A stretch of 64,000 nucleotides of DNA from Azolla caroliniana (Eukaryota; Plantae; Polypodiophyta), in assembly GCA_043228905.1 (NCBI GenBank), contig JBHGNT010000003.1, positions 14,260,001-14,324,000 on the forward strand, given 5' to 3'. Positions within the stretch are counted from its first letter, which is position 1. Every line of letters starts with the position of its first letter. The notes beneath the pieces are model-generated. The model was not told where the DNA came from. It did no database searches and saw only the letters and a list, made by a program, of their open reading frames with translations. The position numbers were made by a program, and so were the translations under genes. Positions 49,801 to 63,429 of the stretch are shown here, one piece after another.

Positions 49801-52800
49801 TGGCATCCTTACTCAAATGTATCTGGTGTTGATACAACTGGGGATCTAGTCACCCGCATGTCCTCGTAAGACCACGCGAACACGTCCCGGAACTCCTTTA
49901 ATAAGGTGATCATTGCCGTCTTCCTTTTGGGAGTCATTTCTTTGGCGATGTGAACCGGTCTTGCGTCTTCTGCGATGCCTAGGTTTACCTCTTCCAGCTG
50001 AGAGGCTTTTACGCATTGAGATATTTCCAATTCCTTCTCCAAAGCTTCCTGCGCTTGTTGTAACTCTCTGATGGCTTCTTTATCCGGTTCTTCATCGGCA
50101 TCCTCCAGTTGTATTGTATATGGAGCCACTGCTTCAACGACATCAACTTCAAATAAGGGTACAATTTTTGGATTCTCCTGTAAGTACTGACTGGCTTCAT
50201 CAGCCAATCCTTCAAGCATGTTGACACATTCCGCATACAGCGGTGTCAGCTCCTTGCCGGCACTCAAACGTGGTTGTGTAGGTACTCGTACTTTCGCTTT
50301 GCCGCGCCGGAAAGTAATTATGTTTTTCCGCTAGTTTTGCTTGATGTGTGTTGTTTTTAACTGCAATAGCCGACCTAATGGAAGCGTGATTTGGCTTTCT
50401 TGCAACGCCTGCCATGTTGGGTTTTCCGCTTGGCTATTGCCAGTGGACTCCTCTAGATTCTCCTTTTGTTGTTCCAGTTCTGCCACATTCTGCTCATTTG
50501 CCTTCTTTACCCATTCGGTGGCCTGCTTCTGGATGGCTTCTTGGGTTTCCCACTCTGTTGCTTTTCCTTTTGCCCTCGTGGTCACTTGTTGTATGTCCGC
50601 GACCTCCGCTACCACCATGTTTACCGTTGGTCGCTTTTCGTAGCTTTTCGCCGGACATTGGTTACTGTAGTGTCCCTCTTGTCGACAATAGTAGCAATAT
50701 GCCTTCCAGGTGTTGCTGGATCCTACTTTCGCCCCGGCACCCGGTTGAGGTCCTATTGTAAGTGCTTGGCCTTGGTCCGGTTGGTTGCTTGATGTACCCT
50801 GTTCCGGCTCCCATTGGTGACCCCCTTTTTTATTGAAATGCCGTTTTTTGTTGAAATGCTTTTTGTTCCGGTAATCCTATCGGAGCCGGTCGTCATACTT
50901 GCCATAATCCTCCCTTTGGGGGTTGTAACCGGGGGAGTGATCCCGGTTATATCGCTCATTCCATTCCCCATTATAGTCCCGATATCTATCATATCTATCA
51001 TACCGGTCGTGGTCATAAGCGTTTCTTCGATCACCGTACCGGACATCTTGTGCCGGTCGGTAACGCTCCTCTCGCCGCCAGCGCTCTTCTTCCTCCTCCT
51101 GGTTGCTCCGTGGTTCGATTTGCCGGACCGGTGGTGCTTGCCGATTCAGCAAATTATACTCACACCTATCCATTGTGTGGTTTCTGGAATGGCAAAGTAG
51201 GCATTGAGAACGCATGGTGCACTCCAGTGCCGAGTGTTCGGCATTCAGGCAAGTCGTACATTGAATTGCTTGTCGAAAGCGGAGGTCTTCATCAGTTGGT
51301 AACATTCGTTGGAGTGTCCCCATCATCAGCCACAAGCTGGAGTTTTCCATTTCCCTAACTCGGTCTATGACCTGGTCGACGGAACTCGTGCAAAAATCAA
51401 TGATTGTGCACACCGTTCGTAGGGGTTCCCGGAGTGCTACTAGGAATATCGCCTTAGTCTCTTCCTCCGGTGGTGCCCGATTGAGCTGGTTGTGCATTCT
51501 CTGGAATCAGATTACAAATTGTTGAATGTTCTCCCTGGGCTCCTGCCTGATGGTATAAAATAGGCCGACCATTTCCCATTCATCCATCTCTTTGTGAAAA
51601 AAGTGTAAGAATTTAATTTTCAAGGCCTCAAACGTCGTGATGGTATTGGGATCTTGCATCAGGCATCATCTGGCGGTGGGCCCTTCCAGGGTCATGCCGA
51701 ACTCCGCCATCTTTGAGCGTTCTGCTTCGGCCGTGGTTAAGCGTTGTGACACATGATTCGTTTCCCAGGTCTGCTGAAATGCATAGACGTGGGCCTCTAC
51801 GTCCGGATCATCCCGGTACTTGGGATATTGAAACGGCATGTCGTCGTCCGGTGTTGGAACGCAGGTTGGTGGTGTCAGAGGTCTTTCTTCCTCTACGGGA
51901 GGTCTTTCCGCCTTTGCTTTGGGTGTTGGGGTTTGCTCAGTCCTTGGCCGGTCTTTGGCTTCTAGCTCTGTCAATTCTGGTTCCGGTGTCGGTAAGGTAT
52001 CCGATTCTTCATCCGCCAGTCCGTCTGGGGTGTCGTAACTGTTGCGGTAATTGGAATGAGCACTATATTCACCGTTTGAGTCCGATTCAAAGGCCAAAAA
52101 TGGTTCTGAATCGCCGTCTCCTGCAGTTAATGCCTGCAGAAGGGATTCCATTTCCTGAAGACTACTTAAGCTGCTTCCTTCATCGGGGTGGAAATCTTGT
52201 TGCAAACGGAGTGACTCCTCGGCCACTTGCCGGATCAGTTTGGAAAATGATTTATCCGAACGAATCTCTTCTGCCACCTGTTGGAAGGCCTCTCACTTCC
52301 GCAGCCGCTCAACGAGTCTCCTTGCTCGATCCGTAACCGGTTCGCTCGTTGTTCTAGTCATCCATTCCCGTCGTTGTTCGCTGCGCTTATGCAGGAATTG
52401 TTGTTAAGAGTCTATTACTAATCAATAGACCAAATCAAGTAAAAAGGAAGAAAATAGATTGGATAGAAGAACCCGTTCCACCCGACCACCCCCGAGCTAT
52501 GATCTAGACATAGCCAACCTACCACCGACGTCCCATACCGCCGGATATTAGGATGACTAATACCTTGGAAGAGATAAACACGATCGTCGAGACGAAAGCC
52601 TAGCCCGCACCACCGGTGTCTACGACAGCAGCCTTCCGACGTGATGATCTCTATGAGGGTAGCTAAGCCTCATATTTATACCTTTTCCTAGGCCCCTTGA
52701 ATAGATGTGCCTTTCTAAAAGGCTCTCTATTCATTGGTTGTCTAAATCATGATAGTGCATGCACATATCATTCATTCTATCCAATCATTAGTCCCCTTTT

Positions 52801-52882
52801 TAATAATAGTGAACATACCCTTCACTAATGTAAATATTAGTGACCTACCCTCACCAACGTTATGTGTACATAACATACTCCC

Positions 52883-55800
52883 CTACTTCAAAAGATTGCA
52901 CTCTTGCAATATAAAGTGAGGAAATTGTGCCTTAAGCGAATGCTCGCGTTCCCATGTGGCATCATCAATAGGTTTATCCATCCATTTGATCTTGAATAGC
53001 CGAATCTCTTTAGAACGTAAACGTTTAGTACGAGAATCAAGAATTCGTTCAGGAACATGAGGTTTGTAAGAAAAATCCTCTAATGTTACAAGATCTTGGA
53101 TTGTGATGGTGTTATCACCAGAGCCTAAAAATGGTTTTAGACGACTGACGTGAAAAACAGGATGAATACCAACGTTACGAGGTAAGGCAAGGTGATAAGC
53201 AGATGACCCAACTTGCTTAAGGATTTCAAATGGGCCACAATATCGTGGGGCTAACTTAGCGCACTTGCCCGTAGATAATGACGTAGAATCAGTCGGGACA
53301 CGCAAAAAAACTTTTTGACCAATAGTAAATGCACGAGGACGTCTATCCTGATCAGCATAAAATCGAGCACGATCTTGAGCTGTCTTGACATTTTCTTTGG
53401 CAATATGCAACATTTGGTTCATGTCTTGCAAAAAATTGCGTGTACTGTCTAATGTATCACGATGAATCGTGACATCAACTGGGGCACGTGGCTGAAAACC
53501 ATACATCAACATAAAAGGACTATATCTAGTGGATGTATGTTTAGAGCTATTATAGGCAAATTCTAAGATAGGAAGGTATTGCTCCCACTTAGAAGGGTTT
53601 TTTGCTACATAAGCTCGAAGCATGTCCTCAATAATTTGATTAACTCGTTCAGTTTGTCCATCAGACTGAGGATGATCTGCGGAACTCATGCTCAACGTAG
53701 TTTCTAGTTTCTTAAAGACCTGAGTCCAAAAGTCACTAGTAAACTTGGAATCTCGATCACTAACAATATCCATCGGTAATCCATAAAAACGAAATAACTC
53801 ATCAACAAATTGATAAGCCAACTGTTGAGCGGTTACCGTGGTTTTTGTAGGAATAAATCTAGCTAATTTTGTTAGCCTGTCAACGACAACCCATATGGCA
53901 TCATGACCCCTCTGTGTACGAGGTAAACTAACAATAAAATCCATCGAGATACTTTCCCATTTATTGTTGGGAATATCTAAGGGATGTAAAAGACCAGCAG
54001 CTTTAAGTCGTTCCGACTTATTAATCTGACATTGTAAGCATTGAGTTACGTATTTATGCACGTCAGAGCGCATCTTAGGCCAGAAAAAAGTACACGAGAT
54101 GAGAACGAGTGTGCGTTGTATTCCAGGATGACCAGCAGATGGTGCATCATGACATTCATGAAAAATTTTCTGTTTAACATTTGGTAAATCTGGAACACAG
54201 ACCTTTCCACTACGGTAGAGCAAACCGTTTGTAATGTGAAAGGTCGCCTTCGAGGGTAGGGTGCTAGTATCGGCATCTAAACCAGATTCGGCTTTCGTCC
54301 AGTATTTTGAGAAATAACTGTCATCAAGGTATTTCCCTCGAAGGTGATCTAAAAGATCAGATTTTATTTCCGTGAAGCTAAGCATGTTAACTTCTTTAAT
54401 GCGACTAAGAGCATCAGCAACGGTGTTCATAGAACCCTTGCGATATCGTATGGAAAAATCAAAATCTTGCATAAGGTCAGCCCAACGGCCTTTACGACCA
54501 ACAAGATCGGGCTGGTCACAAAAATACTTTAATGATTGATGGTCTGTTGTAACCACAAATTTATTTCCATAGAGATAGTGCCTCCATGTTTTAAGTGCGT
54601 GTATCACCGCAAACAACTCTTTCTCTTGAACCGAATACCGAGATTGAGCAGCATCAAGCTTCTTACTTTCAAAAGCAATAGGGTGACCACCTTGATAAAG
54701 AACGGCACCAATAGCATAATCACTAGCATCGGTTTCAATTGAGAAAGGCTTAGAAGGGTCTGGTAATAGAAGAGTGGGAGCCTGACACACATGCTCCTTG
54801 AGTGTCTCAAATGATTTGTCAAGTTGTTCATTCCATGAAATTGGTTTGACAGACTTACGTGGATGACCTTTTAAAAGATCAGTTAATGGCGTAGTCAATT
54901 TGGAATAGTTACGAATTGATTTTCGTAAAAATCCAACAAACCCTAAGAATGATCTAAGTTCACGAATATTACGAGGAATGGGCCAAAGTTTAACCTTTTC
55001 AATACGAGAAGGTTCAATTTCAACGCCCTTTTCTGTAATTAAATGACCTAGGTACACAATAGATTTTTGGAAGAAGTCACATTTTGAATGTTTTGCATAG
55101 AAAGAGTTGTCACGCAACTTTCGCAAAACAAATCGAACATGTTGAACATGATCTTGCAAGGTACGGCTATATATCAAAATATCATCCAAGAAGACGACAA
55201 CAAAATCACCGAGTTGATCTCGGAAAACATCATTCATCGCTTGTTGGAATGTGGCTGGAGCATTAGTCAACCCAAACGGCATGACTAAAAACTCATAATG
55301 GCCATAGCGCGTACGAAAAGCGGTTTTAGGAATATCATCCTCGGCGATGCGAATCTGATGATAACCAGTTCGTAAGTCAATTTTCGTAAAATATCGAGCC
55401 CCGTGCAAACGATCAATCAAATCATCGGCACGAGGTAATGGATATGCATTCTTAATTGTCATTTTATTCAAACGGCGATAATTGATACACATTCGCCACG
55501 AACCTTCCTTCTTCTTGACTAATAGAACTGGCGCACCCCAAGGTGATTTACTATACCTAATGTGGCCCATACTCAAGTATTCCTTAAGTTGTTTAGCGAT
55601 CTCATCCTCTTCTAATCGACTAAGTCGGTAAGGTGGAATGCTCACAGGAGCAGCCCCAGGGATGAGTTCAATTTGATGGTCCACATTACGTTTAGGTGGT
55701 AAAGTAAGCGGTAATTCAGTAGGAAACACATCTTGAAAATCCTCTAAAATAGAGTCGAGTAATCGTTGCTCAAAATGTGGTAATTGTGTGGCGTCAATAT

Positions 55801-57287
55801 TAAAATAATAAAATTGAACCGCAGGATCAATTACACACGAATAAATTAATGAACTAGAATACTCACTTAAAGATTTAGAAGACACAAGTGAATGAGAAGG
55901 AAGTTTGGAACATTGAATAAAATGTTTACAATTATTAAGTTCAAATGTGATTGAGTGATTAACCCAATCAATGGACAAAGAAGGGTTTTTATTAAAAAAC
56001 CAAGGATATCCTAAAATGACATCTGCGGATTGTAATTTCATAACATGAAAGTCAAGCTTCTCCAAATAAGTATCTATTTGAATTGGCAATTGACAAACAA
56101 TGCCACTGATGTATTGAACGTTTCCATTTGCCATGTGAACTTGATAGATATGATCACTTGCGTTTATGTGGAGCTCCATTTGCTGCACAAAGTGATCATT
56201 AAGAAAATTGTGAGAACTACCGGAATCAAACAAGAAATGTGCTTGTGTTCCATTGATATATCCGACTGCTCGGAGTAAATCATTAGGTCCAAGTAAATGT
56301 GAAGGAAAAGTGCATTCACATAAACTTAAGTGATTGGTATGAACTTCAACAATATCAAAAGACTCACCTGTGTGACTCGTAGATTTGTCTTGAGGAGGGG
56401 TGTTCATTGACTTCCTCTCAAGACGACGACAGGTATCCTTTGTGTGGCCCCGCTTCTTGCAATATGCACAGAAGAGGTTCGGTTTCTTTGAGTCGCGGTC
56501 AAGAGTGTCACTGGATTGCTTACGTTTCCCAATGAACTTGACATTCGGAGTTTTGGCGAACTCAGGTTTATTGTGGTCTTTCTTGGAAGTCCTATGGTAT
56601 CGCAGCACAATGTTGACGGCTTCCTCGAAAGTTGTGGGGTCCTTGTCATGGACAATCCAATGATAATCCCCATTGGGAATACCATTCAAAAAACAAGCGA
56701 CAAACCATTTCTCACCCGTAAGTCCCGATTTTTGGATCTGGGTCCGAGCGTGATGCACATAATCCTCGAGAGAGGTAAATGGCTTACTAGACAATGTGAG
56801 CAAGTGTTGCGCTTGTTCGGTTTGAGAAGGTGGCTGCAAGAATTGTTTCTTAAAAACATCAATGAAACCTTCCCAAGTTGTGGGTAAGTTTTTTTGCGGT
56901 CCTTAGGCCACGCCACCAAGCAGCAGCTCGGTCACCTAACTCACGACCGACATAACCAATTTTTACTGCATCGGGCTTGGGATGAAGCTCAAAGTGAGAC
57001 TCCCAACGACCAAGCCAAGTGCTAATGGCCTCCTCGGTTCTTTCTTTCTTATCTCCCTTGAAAGGCGTGACTACGAAGGAAGGTTCACCTTCTTTCTTGG
57101 ACTCAATAGTTAATTCTTGGAATTTCTTTTCCAATGCCATATTGGCCTGTCTCATTTCGGCCAATTGATTCAAGGTAGTAGTGAGCAATTGCTCAATAGT
57201 GATCTCAGCTTGTGTGCGAGATGCGGATTGGGGTTGAGAGGTCTCATTTGGAGAGATCGTTCCAACTGCGTTCAAAACTTGTTCCAT
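52883..57287 (-). CDS. L gag-pol (gag-PR-RT-RH-INT-chromodomain) with a single 1-nt frameshift in a homopolymer at 56889-56895
   Basis: [77 protein letters not shown] (chromodomain). Confidence 0.88.
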
Positions 57288-58284
57288 GATGCACGCTGTG
57301 GGTATGCAATAAAATAAGGAGGTTCAGAAAATACACAAGCAAAATGAATGCTTGAAATTTTGATTGAAAGAACTTTATCCAAGAAAGTATCTCATGTCTT
57401 TACCCCTCTAGATATATGAGATGTGATTCGAGATCCGATAACTATGGTAACACTATGGTGTTTTAAAAACCATGGGGGAAAACATAGCTAAGATGTATTT
57501 CTCGGATCTCTATCTTGAGTAATCATGGCGGCTCCCCGAGGCTCAACCATGGTTCTTACATCAATGAAATTTCCTAGATAGCCTTATATTAATGCCAAGC
57601 CATCATGTATTATATGGTCGAGAAAGTGTATTACGTGAAAAACAAGTGCACTCACAAGTAATATTCTAGTCTTGCGAGCAATAAGCAAACGTGATGATAA
57701 AATGATAAAATAAGGCACTACTCATAAGAGTTAAGTAGTGACGAAAACAAGGGTAAAAAAAAGAACCCATGTGTTACCTACGAAAAAAACAATGTCACAA
57801 ATAAATGGGAAGTGCAAGGTATGCACATATACATCCCAATATGATTGTTATAACTTGCACAATTGTGACATAAGCCACAAATTGATACAAGTGATGACGG
57901 TGTTGTGCGCAAAGATGTAATACTCAAATCCATGAGTAAAACATCAATAAGGGAACTCATATGGTTTTACTCGTTTTCTAAGGCTTGATGATAAGAGTTA
58001 AACCTAGATGACCCGTTGAAAAAAAATCGTTCAACAAGCCACTCCATACGAAAAAAATAGTCTACACGTAAAGGTTACATTAAAAATAAACGATGTAAAT
58101 ACTTTATACATGAAAAGGAAGTGGAAAAAGGATAGTTAATTGTGGGCGGGTAAATAATAATTACTAGAAAATCATATAAGTGAAACAATACTTATGAAAT
58201 TAAAATTTAATTAGAATAATCAACAATTAGGTGTATGGAATCAAACATGCCCTAAGATACGAAACCCTAGGGTAGTTGACATGC

Positions 58285-58518
58285 ACCTCCTCAAGACCAC
58301 CACATATCCCTAGAATCGGCCAAGTAATGGCTAATTAAAGAGGAAAGTGGCATAGGTAAGTGACATATACCTCGTCAAGGCCACATCATCCCTTAGAATC
58401 GGCCAATTGATGGCTTAATAGAGAGTAGAGTGGCATAGGTAGGCAACATACACCTCGTCAAGGCCACATCATCCCTTAGAATCGGCCAAGTGATGGCTCA
58501 ATAGAGGGGAAGAGTGGT
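58285..58518. repeat. About 83-bp tandem repeat (about 3 copies) in the long 5' leader of L
   Basis: acctc(c/g)tcaag..tagaatcggccaa..gtggcatagg recurs at about 58285, 58368 and 58452. Confidence 0.8.
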
Positions 58519-59909
58519 ATACTCAACATCATATGCAAAACGGCCATGAGATAAGCGTGTGCGATTAGAGCAAACACGCTCGACCCAATGCACAAGAATA
58601 ATTATTATCGTAAGAGTTCAAGAGAGGAGAGAGTGGGATATATATCGCAATATGCAAAAGGCCATGAGTTGAGCGTGTGCAATTAATGCAAACACTCTCG
58701 GCCCGATGCATAATAATAAGTAAAATCGTAGCGTAGTAGGAGGTAGAAAGAAAGAGAATAAAACGTAATACCAATTTGATTCGACCATAAAGAACGCATA
58801 ATAGAAAAAGAGAAGAGATCAAAAAAGAAGAATACCGGGTTTAGAGTGTTGTTTTGATCCTGAGAAGAGCATGACGAGCCTTGTTAGATCCCCCTCGCTC
58901 ACACGCAAAAAACATCAAAACAACAAAAAAATTGTTAGTAAAAGCTCTGATACCACTGTTAAGAGTCTATTACTAATCAATAGACCAAATCAAGTAAAAA
59001 GGAAGAAAATAGATTGGATAGAAGAACCCGTTCCACCCGACCACCCCCGAGCTATGATCTAGACATAGCCAACCTACCACCGACGTCCCATACCGCCGGA
59101 TATTAGGATGACTAATACCTTGGAAGAGATAAACACGATCGTCGAGACGAAAGCCTAGCCCGCACCACCGGTGTCTACGACAGCAGCCTTCCGACGTGAT
59201 GATCTCTATGAGGGTAGCTAAGCCTCATATTTATACCTTTTCCTAGGCCCCTTGAATAGATGTGCCTTTCTAAAAGGCTCTCTATTCATTGGTTGTCTAA
59301 ATCATGATAGTGCATGCACATATCATTCATTCTATCCAATCATTAGTCCCCTTTTTAATAATAGTGAACATACCCTTCACTAATGTAAATATTAGTGACC
59401 TACCCTCACCAACGTTATGTGTACATAACAATTGTGGTCGCCAAAAACTGTGTTACTCCTTAGGGCCGGACAATAGCCTAACACAGGGTGTCTACAGAAG
59501 ACACTTCACCAAAGGGTGTTACAGTGAAACAGAGTTAGACCGACGATTAATCAGACCTTAATCGGTTACTTAAGCAACATATCCCATAATCTTAATACAC
59601 GCGTAAGATAGACACTAATTAGCACAGAACGGTAATCAATACACCGAGATAAGACAATAGAGCTTTATTAATTATCCGTCATCATTTACAATGTAACTGA
59701 GCCTTTTTATAGATCACCGGCTTTGCCTACAAAACGGTGCCAACCGGCACACTAATATGAACCGGTCCGGATCCGGATTGGCATACCGATTCCGGTCCGT
59801 CCGTTCACTTCTCAAAAATCTACTTAATTACTTAATATCCTAATAACAACTTCCGATTATTCCTGCTCTTTCACATTTTGGACTGTCCTCCACTCCTTGC
59901 CGGCTAACA

Positions 59910-60043
59910 AGTTTGAGGAAACGTATATGTGTGTGTATGTCAAGACCTGTCGTATGTGTTCAGCAAGCTAAACAGAATGGAGGCAAGAAGATACAACAGA
60001 AGATAAACATTGTTTAATCTTTAATGGAAGCTCTGTTATTGCA

Positions 60044-60084
<41 letters not shown>

Positions 60085-60826
60085 AGACTCGATGTACAAG
60101 ATGATCAAGAATATTCTTTACAACCTTAGGTTATTGATTATATACTAAGCCCTAACTCTTTGGACAAGTTCACACTAGGATACAAATTGGAAGGAGACAG
60201 CCTTTTATGCCAACAAACTCCCCCGTAAAAGGACTACTCTTTCCTACATATACAAATGTTTCAGGTTATCTCCCCAGTAAATTTAGATTACAAGATTAAC
60301 ATAAATTTATATTACAAGTCGGTCGGCATGTAGCCGAGTCGGCAGAGGTGAAGTCTGTGTCAAGCCTAACATGGCTAGTCATTATGATTTATTCTGTTGA
60401 ATCTTACCTTCTGCTCCTCATCCGACTTTCTTCTGCTTGGTCATTTGTCGCAGTCCCATCTTTGTCCTTAGTGCTCCAAAGTGTTGATCTGGGAGTGGTT
60501 TCATCAAGCAATCGACGATGTTCACTTCGGTGTCGATCTTCCGGACTTTGAGTTTCTTTTTAGTTATGAGCTCCTGGATGTGATGATACCGCACCTCAAT
60601 ATGCTTTGTCAGACTGGGAGAGTTGGAGAAACTTTGTTGTCCGATTTCACTCGATCCTCATGCCCAGTATGTGACGGGCTTGTCCAAGTTCCTTCATCGC
60701 GAACTTGTCGTGAAGGTTCCACTTTAGCTTCCTTATTTCTGTTTGATTGCTACCTGCAATTAGCTTGTCGTCAACATATAGGATTAGATAAATCCTAGAC
60801 TCGTCGGCCAAATGTCGAATGTACAT
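59910..60826 (-). mobile_element. Copia K, second copy of LTR remainder and 3' internal region
   Basis: 59910-60610 aligns with 41950-42640; LTR end at 60215; then an RT fragment (YLILYVDDKLI) after an internal deletion. Confidence 0.82.
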
Positions 60827-60830
60827 GTAC

Positions 60831-62913
60831 TGTGGATCGAGTGTGTGCAGAAACATATGTACGAGGATCAGTTGTATGTGCTTGGCAAACAACAGAGAAG
60901 GAAGGCAAGAGAATAAACAGAAGATATATGTGGTTTCAGCTTTAATGGAAGCTTTTGTTATTACGTTCTCTTTCTCACTCTTTGAGACACTATACAAGAA
61001 TGATCAAGAAGTCTCATTTTACAACGTTAGGTTATTACTTATATACTAAGCTCTAACTATATGGACGAGTTCACTCTAGTATACAAAGTGGAAGGAGTCG
61101 ACCTTTTATGCCAACAAACTCCCCCGTAAAAGGATTACTCCTTCCTGCATGTACATGTGTTTGGGGTTGTCTCCCCCGTAAACCTAGATTACAACGCTAA
61201 TCTAAATTTATGTTACAAGTCGGTCGGCATGTAGTCGAGTCAGCAAATGTGAGGTCCATGTCGAACCTAGCATGGCTCATTATCATGATTGATTTGGTCA
61301 ACTCTTACCTTCTGCTCCTCGTTCGGCTTTCTTCTACTCAGTTGCTTGTCATAGTCCCATCTTTGTCCTTAGTGCTCCAAAGTATTGATCTGGGAGTGGC
61401 TTCGTCAAGTAATCGGCAATGTTCATCTCGGTGTCGATCTTCTCGACTTCAAGCTTCTTCTCAATTATGATCTCTCAGATGTGATGATACCGCACGTCAA
61501 TGTGCTTCATCTTTGCGTGATAGACGAGATTGTTAATGAGGTGAATTGCACTCTATGAGTCACAATAGATGGTCGGCGTTGGTCGGTCGATTCAGCTTGT
61601 AGATGAGAAGTCAGCAGACAAGGGTGTAGCCAAATCGCTTCCTTCAATGCTTCGATGTTGCTATGTACTCAGCCTCTGTGGTCGACAAGGTCGTGCACTC
61701 TTGAAGCTTCGACCTCCATGATATCGTACTGCCACCATAGGTGAAAATATAGCTTGATGTTGACTTCCAATTGTCCGTATTTCCGGCATAGTCGGAGTCA
61801 GTGTAGCCTTCAACTTCAGTTGAGGTTGCCAAACCGAAAGTCAGTTGTGTATCTTCGATCCCAATGCTTCTGTCTTGGATTTGACATGTACCGGCTGACC
61901 ACCCCCACGGCATAGGCTAGGTCGGGTCGGGTCGCCACCATTGCATTTACTTCCTATGGTTGATGCGTAGGGCATCTTTCCATAGGTGAAAATATAGCTT
62001 GATGTTGACTTCCAATTGTCCGTATTTCCGGCATAGTCGGAGTCAGTGTAGCCTTCAACTTCAGTTGAGGTTGCCAAACCGAAAGTTAGTTGTGTATCTT
62101 CGATCCCAATGCTTCTATCTTGGATTTGACATGTACCGGTTGACCACCCCCACGGCATAGGCTAGGTCGGGTCGGGTCGCCACCATTGCATATACTTCCT
62201 ATGGTTGATGCGTAGGGCATCTTTCCATTAATCTCTCTCTCCTTGTCCGTTGAAGGAGAGTCTCTGTCCAATAGTCGGGTCGACATCGGAAGCGGTGTTG
62301 GTGTTGGCTTCGCATTCTCCATGTTGAAGCGTTTCAGCACCTTTCAGATATTATAGTCAGAGTTGGAGAGTTGGAGAGTCTTGGTCATCCAATTTCGCTC
62401 AATCCTCATGCCCAATATGTGACGGGCTTGTCCGAGTCTTGTCATGAAGGCCCTGCTTTAGTTTTCCAAGCTCTACTTGATTGCTCCCTCCAATCAGCAT
62501 GTCGTCGACATATAGGATCACATATATCCTGAACTCGTCGGCCAGTTGCCGAATGTACATACATGGGTCCGAGTCAGATCGACAATATCCTCTGTGCTTG
62601 TTTCAAGCCATAGAGACTTTTCTTCAGTCGGCATACGAGGTGACTTTCCTCCCCCGTTGCCGTGAAGCCCGCCGGTTGAGACATGTAAATTTCTTCTTCC
62701 ATATCTCCGTGTAGGAATCCTGTCTTTATGTCCATCTGCTCGAGCTCTAGATCTTTTGTCGCCACATCTCCTAGTAAGAGTCGGAGGGTGATCATCTTGT
62801 CGTAGTCAACCCCATGTTCTTGTTTGTCGAGCTCTAGATCTTTTGTCGCCACATCTCCTAGTAAGAGTCGGAGGGTGATCATCTTGTCGTAGTCAACCCC
62901 ATGTTCTTGTTTG
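60831..62913 (-). mobile_element. Copia element M (K-related): 3' LTR about 60831-61116 and decayed RT/RH with local duplications
   Basis: Same TGCCAACA/AACTCCCCC junction as K; [25 protein letters not shown]; duplicated blocks near 61735/61981 and 62742/62828. Left LTR boundary is uncertain by about 5 nt. Confidence 0.78.
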
Positions 62914-63389
62914 TGTCATGTGTATATAAAACCCAATAAGCTTTATGATGATTCGAACCCATGACCTCCTCAATGAAGGAATATAACCCCAACCATTAAG
63001 ATACATCATATTATATATATTAAATAACAAATTCTATTATATCAATAGGAAATATATATAATAATATTGTTGAAATGTCGCCACCTTGTATAGGCTAATG
63101 CATGATTGCCAAGTGGCGATCATGCATGCCTATAAGGTGGCGAGCATGCATGTATCCAAACCATGCTATGTAAACATGTATTTGACTATTGATGAACCAT
63201 TCTGGTTCAATGCCATTCTTCGGCATATTCTTGTAAACATTGCTCTCGTTGTTAATACATTATCAAATTCTTCTTATCTCTCTTATTTCTCTCATATCTT
63301 TCGTTTCTCATTCTCTTCTCCGTTCTTGTTCCTAGCTTTAGCCTTGACAGTTTGAACCAGAATTTTCCTCCCTTCTCTCTTTCTTCCTT

Positions 63390-63429
<40 letters not shown>

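Larger units (their letters stand above)
52402..59430 (-). mobile_element. Chromoviral Gypsy element L, complete, with identical LTRs
   Basis: 474-bp LTRs 52402-52875 and 58957-59430 with no difference seen; TSD ATTGT (52397-52401, 59431-59435); PBS reverse complement AGCTCTGATACCA 58943-58955; PPT reverse complement TACTCCCCT after 52875. Confidence 0.97.
43313..59909 (-). mobile_element. Gypsy element J (Athila/Tat-like non-chromovirus, decayed) with an extra 3' ORF, interrupted by L
   Basis: LTRs 43313-43775 and 59451-59909; PBS TGGCGACCACA (tRNA-Arg-like) split by L; gag from 52361 with CCHC motifs; RT FRDVFAWSYEDM..VFLDN; RH FHVFVDASDIAIG; INT PFQKWGLDFIGPF, STPYYPQANG; pol ends near 47101. 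Confidence 0.88.

Noticed and set aside
56880-56900. Programmed +1 frameshift in L gag
   Set aside because: Lies mid-capsid, does not match the Ty1 CTTAGGC or Ty3 GCGAGTT sites, and a homopolymer indel explains it.
62950-63000. Functional tRNA gene
   Set aside because: A/B-box-like motifs are present but no acceptor or anticodon stem can be formed; reported only as a tRNA-like module.
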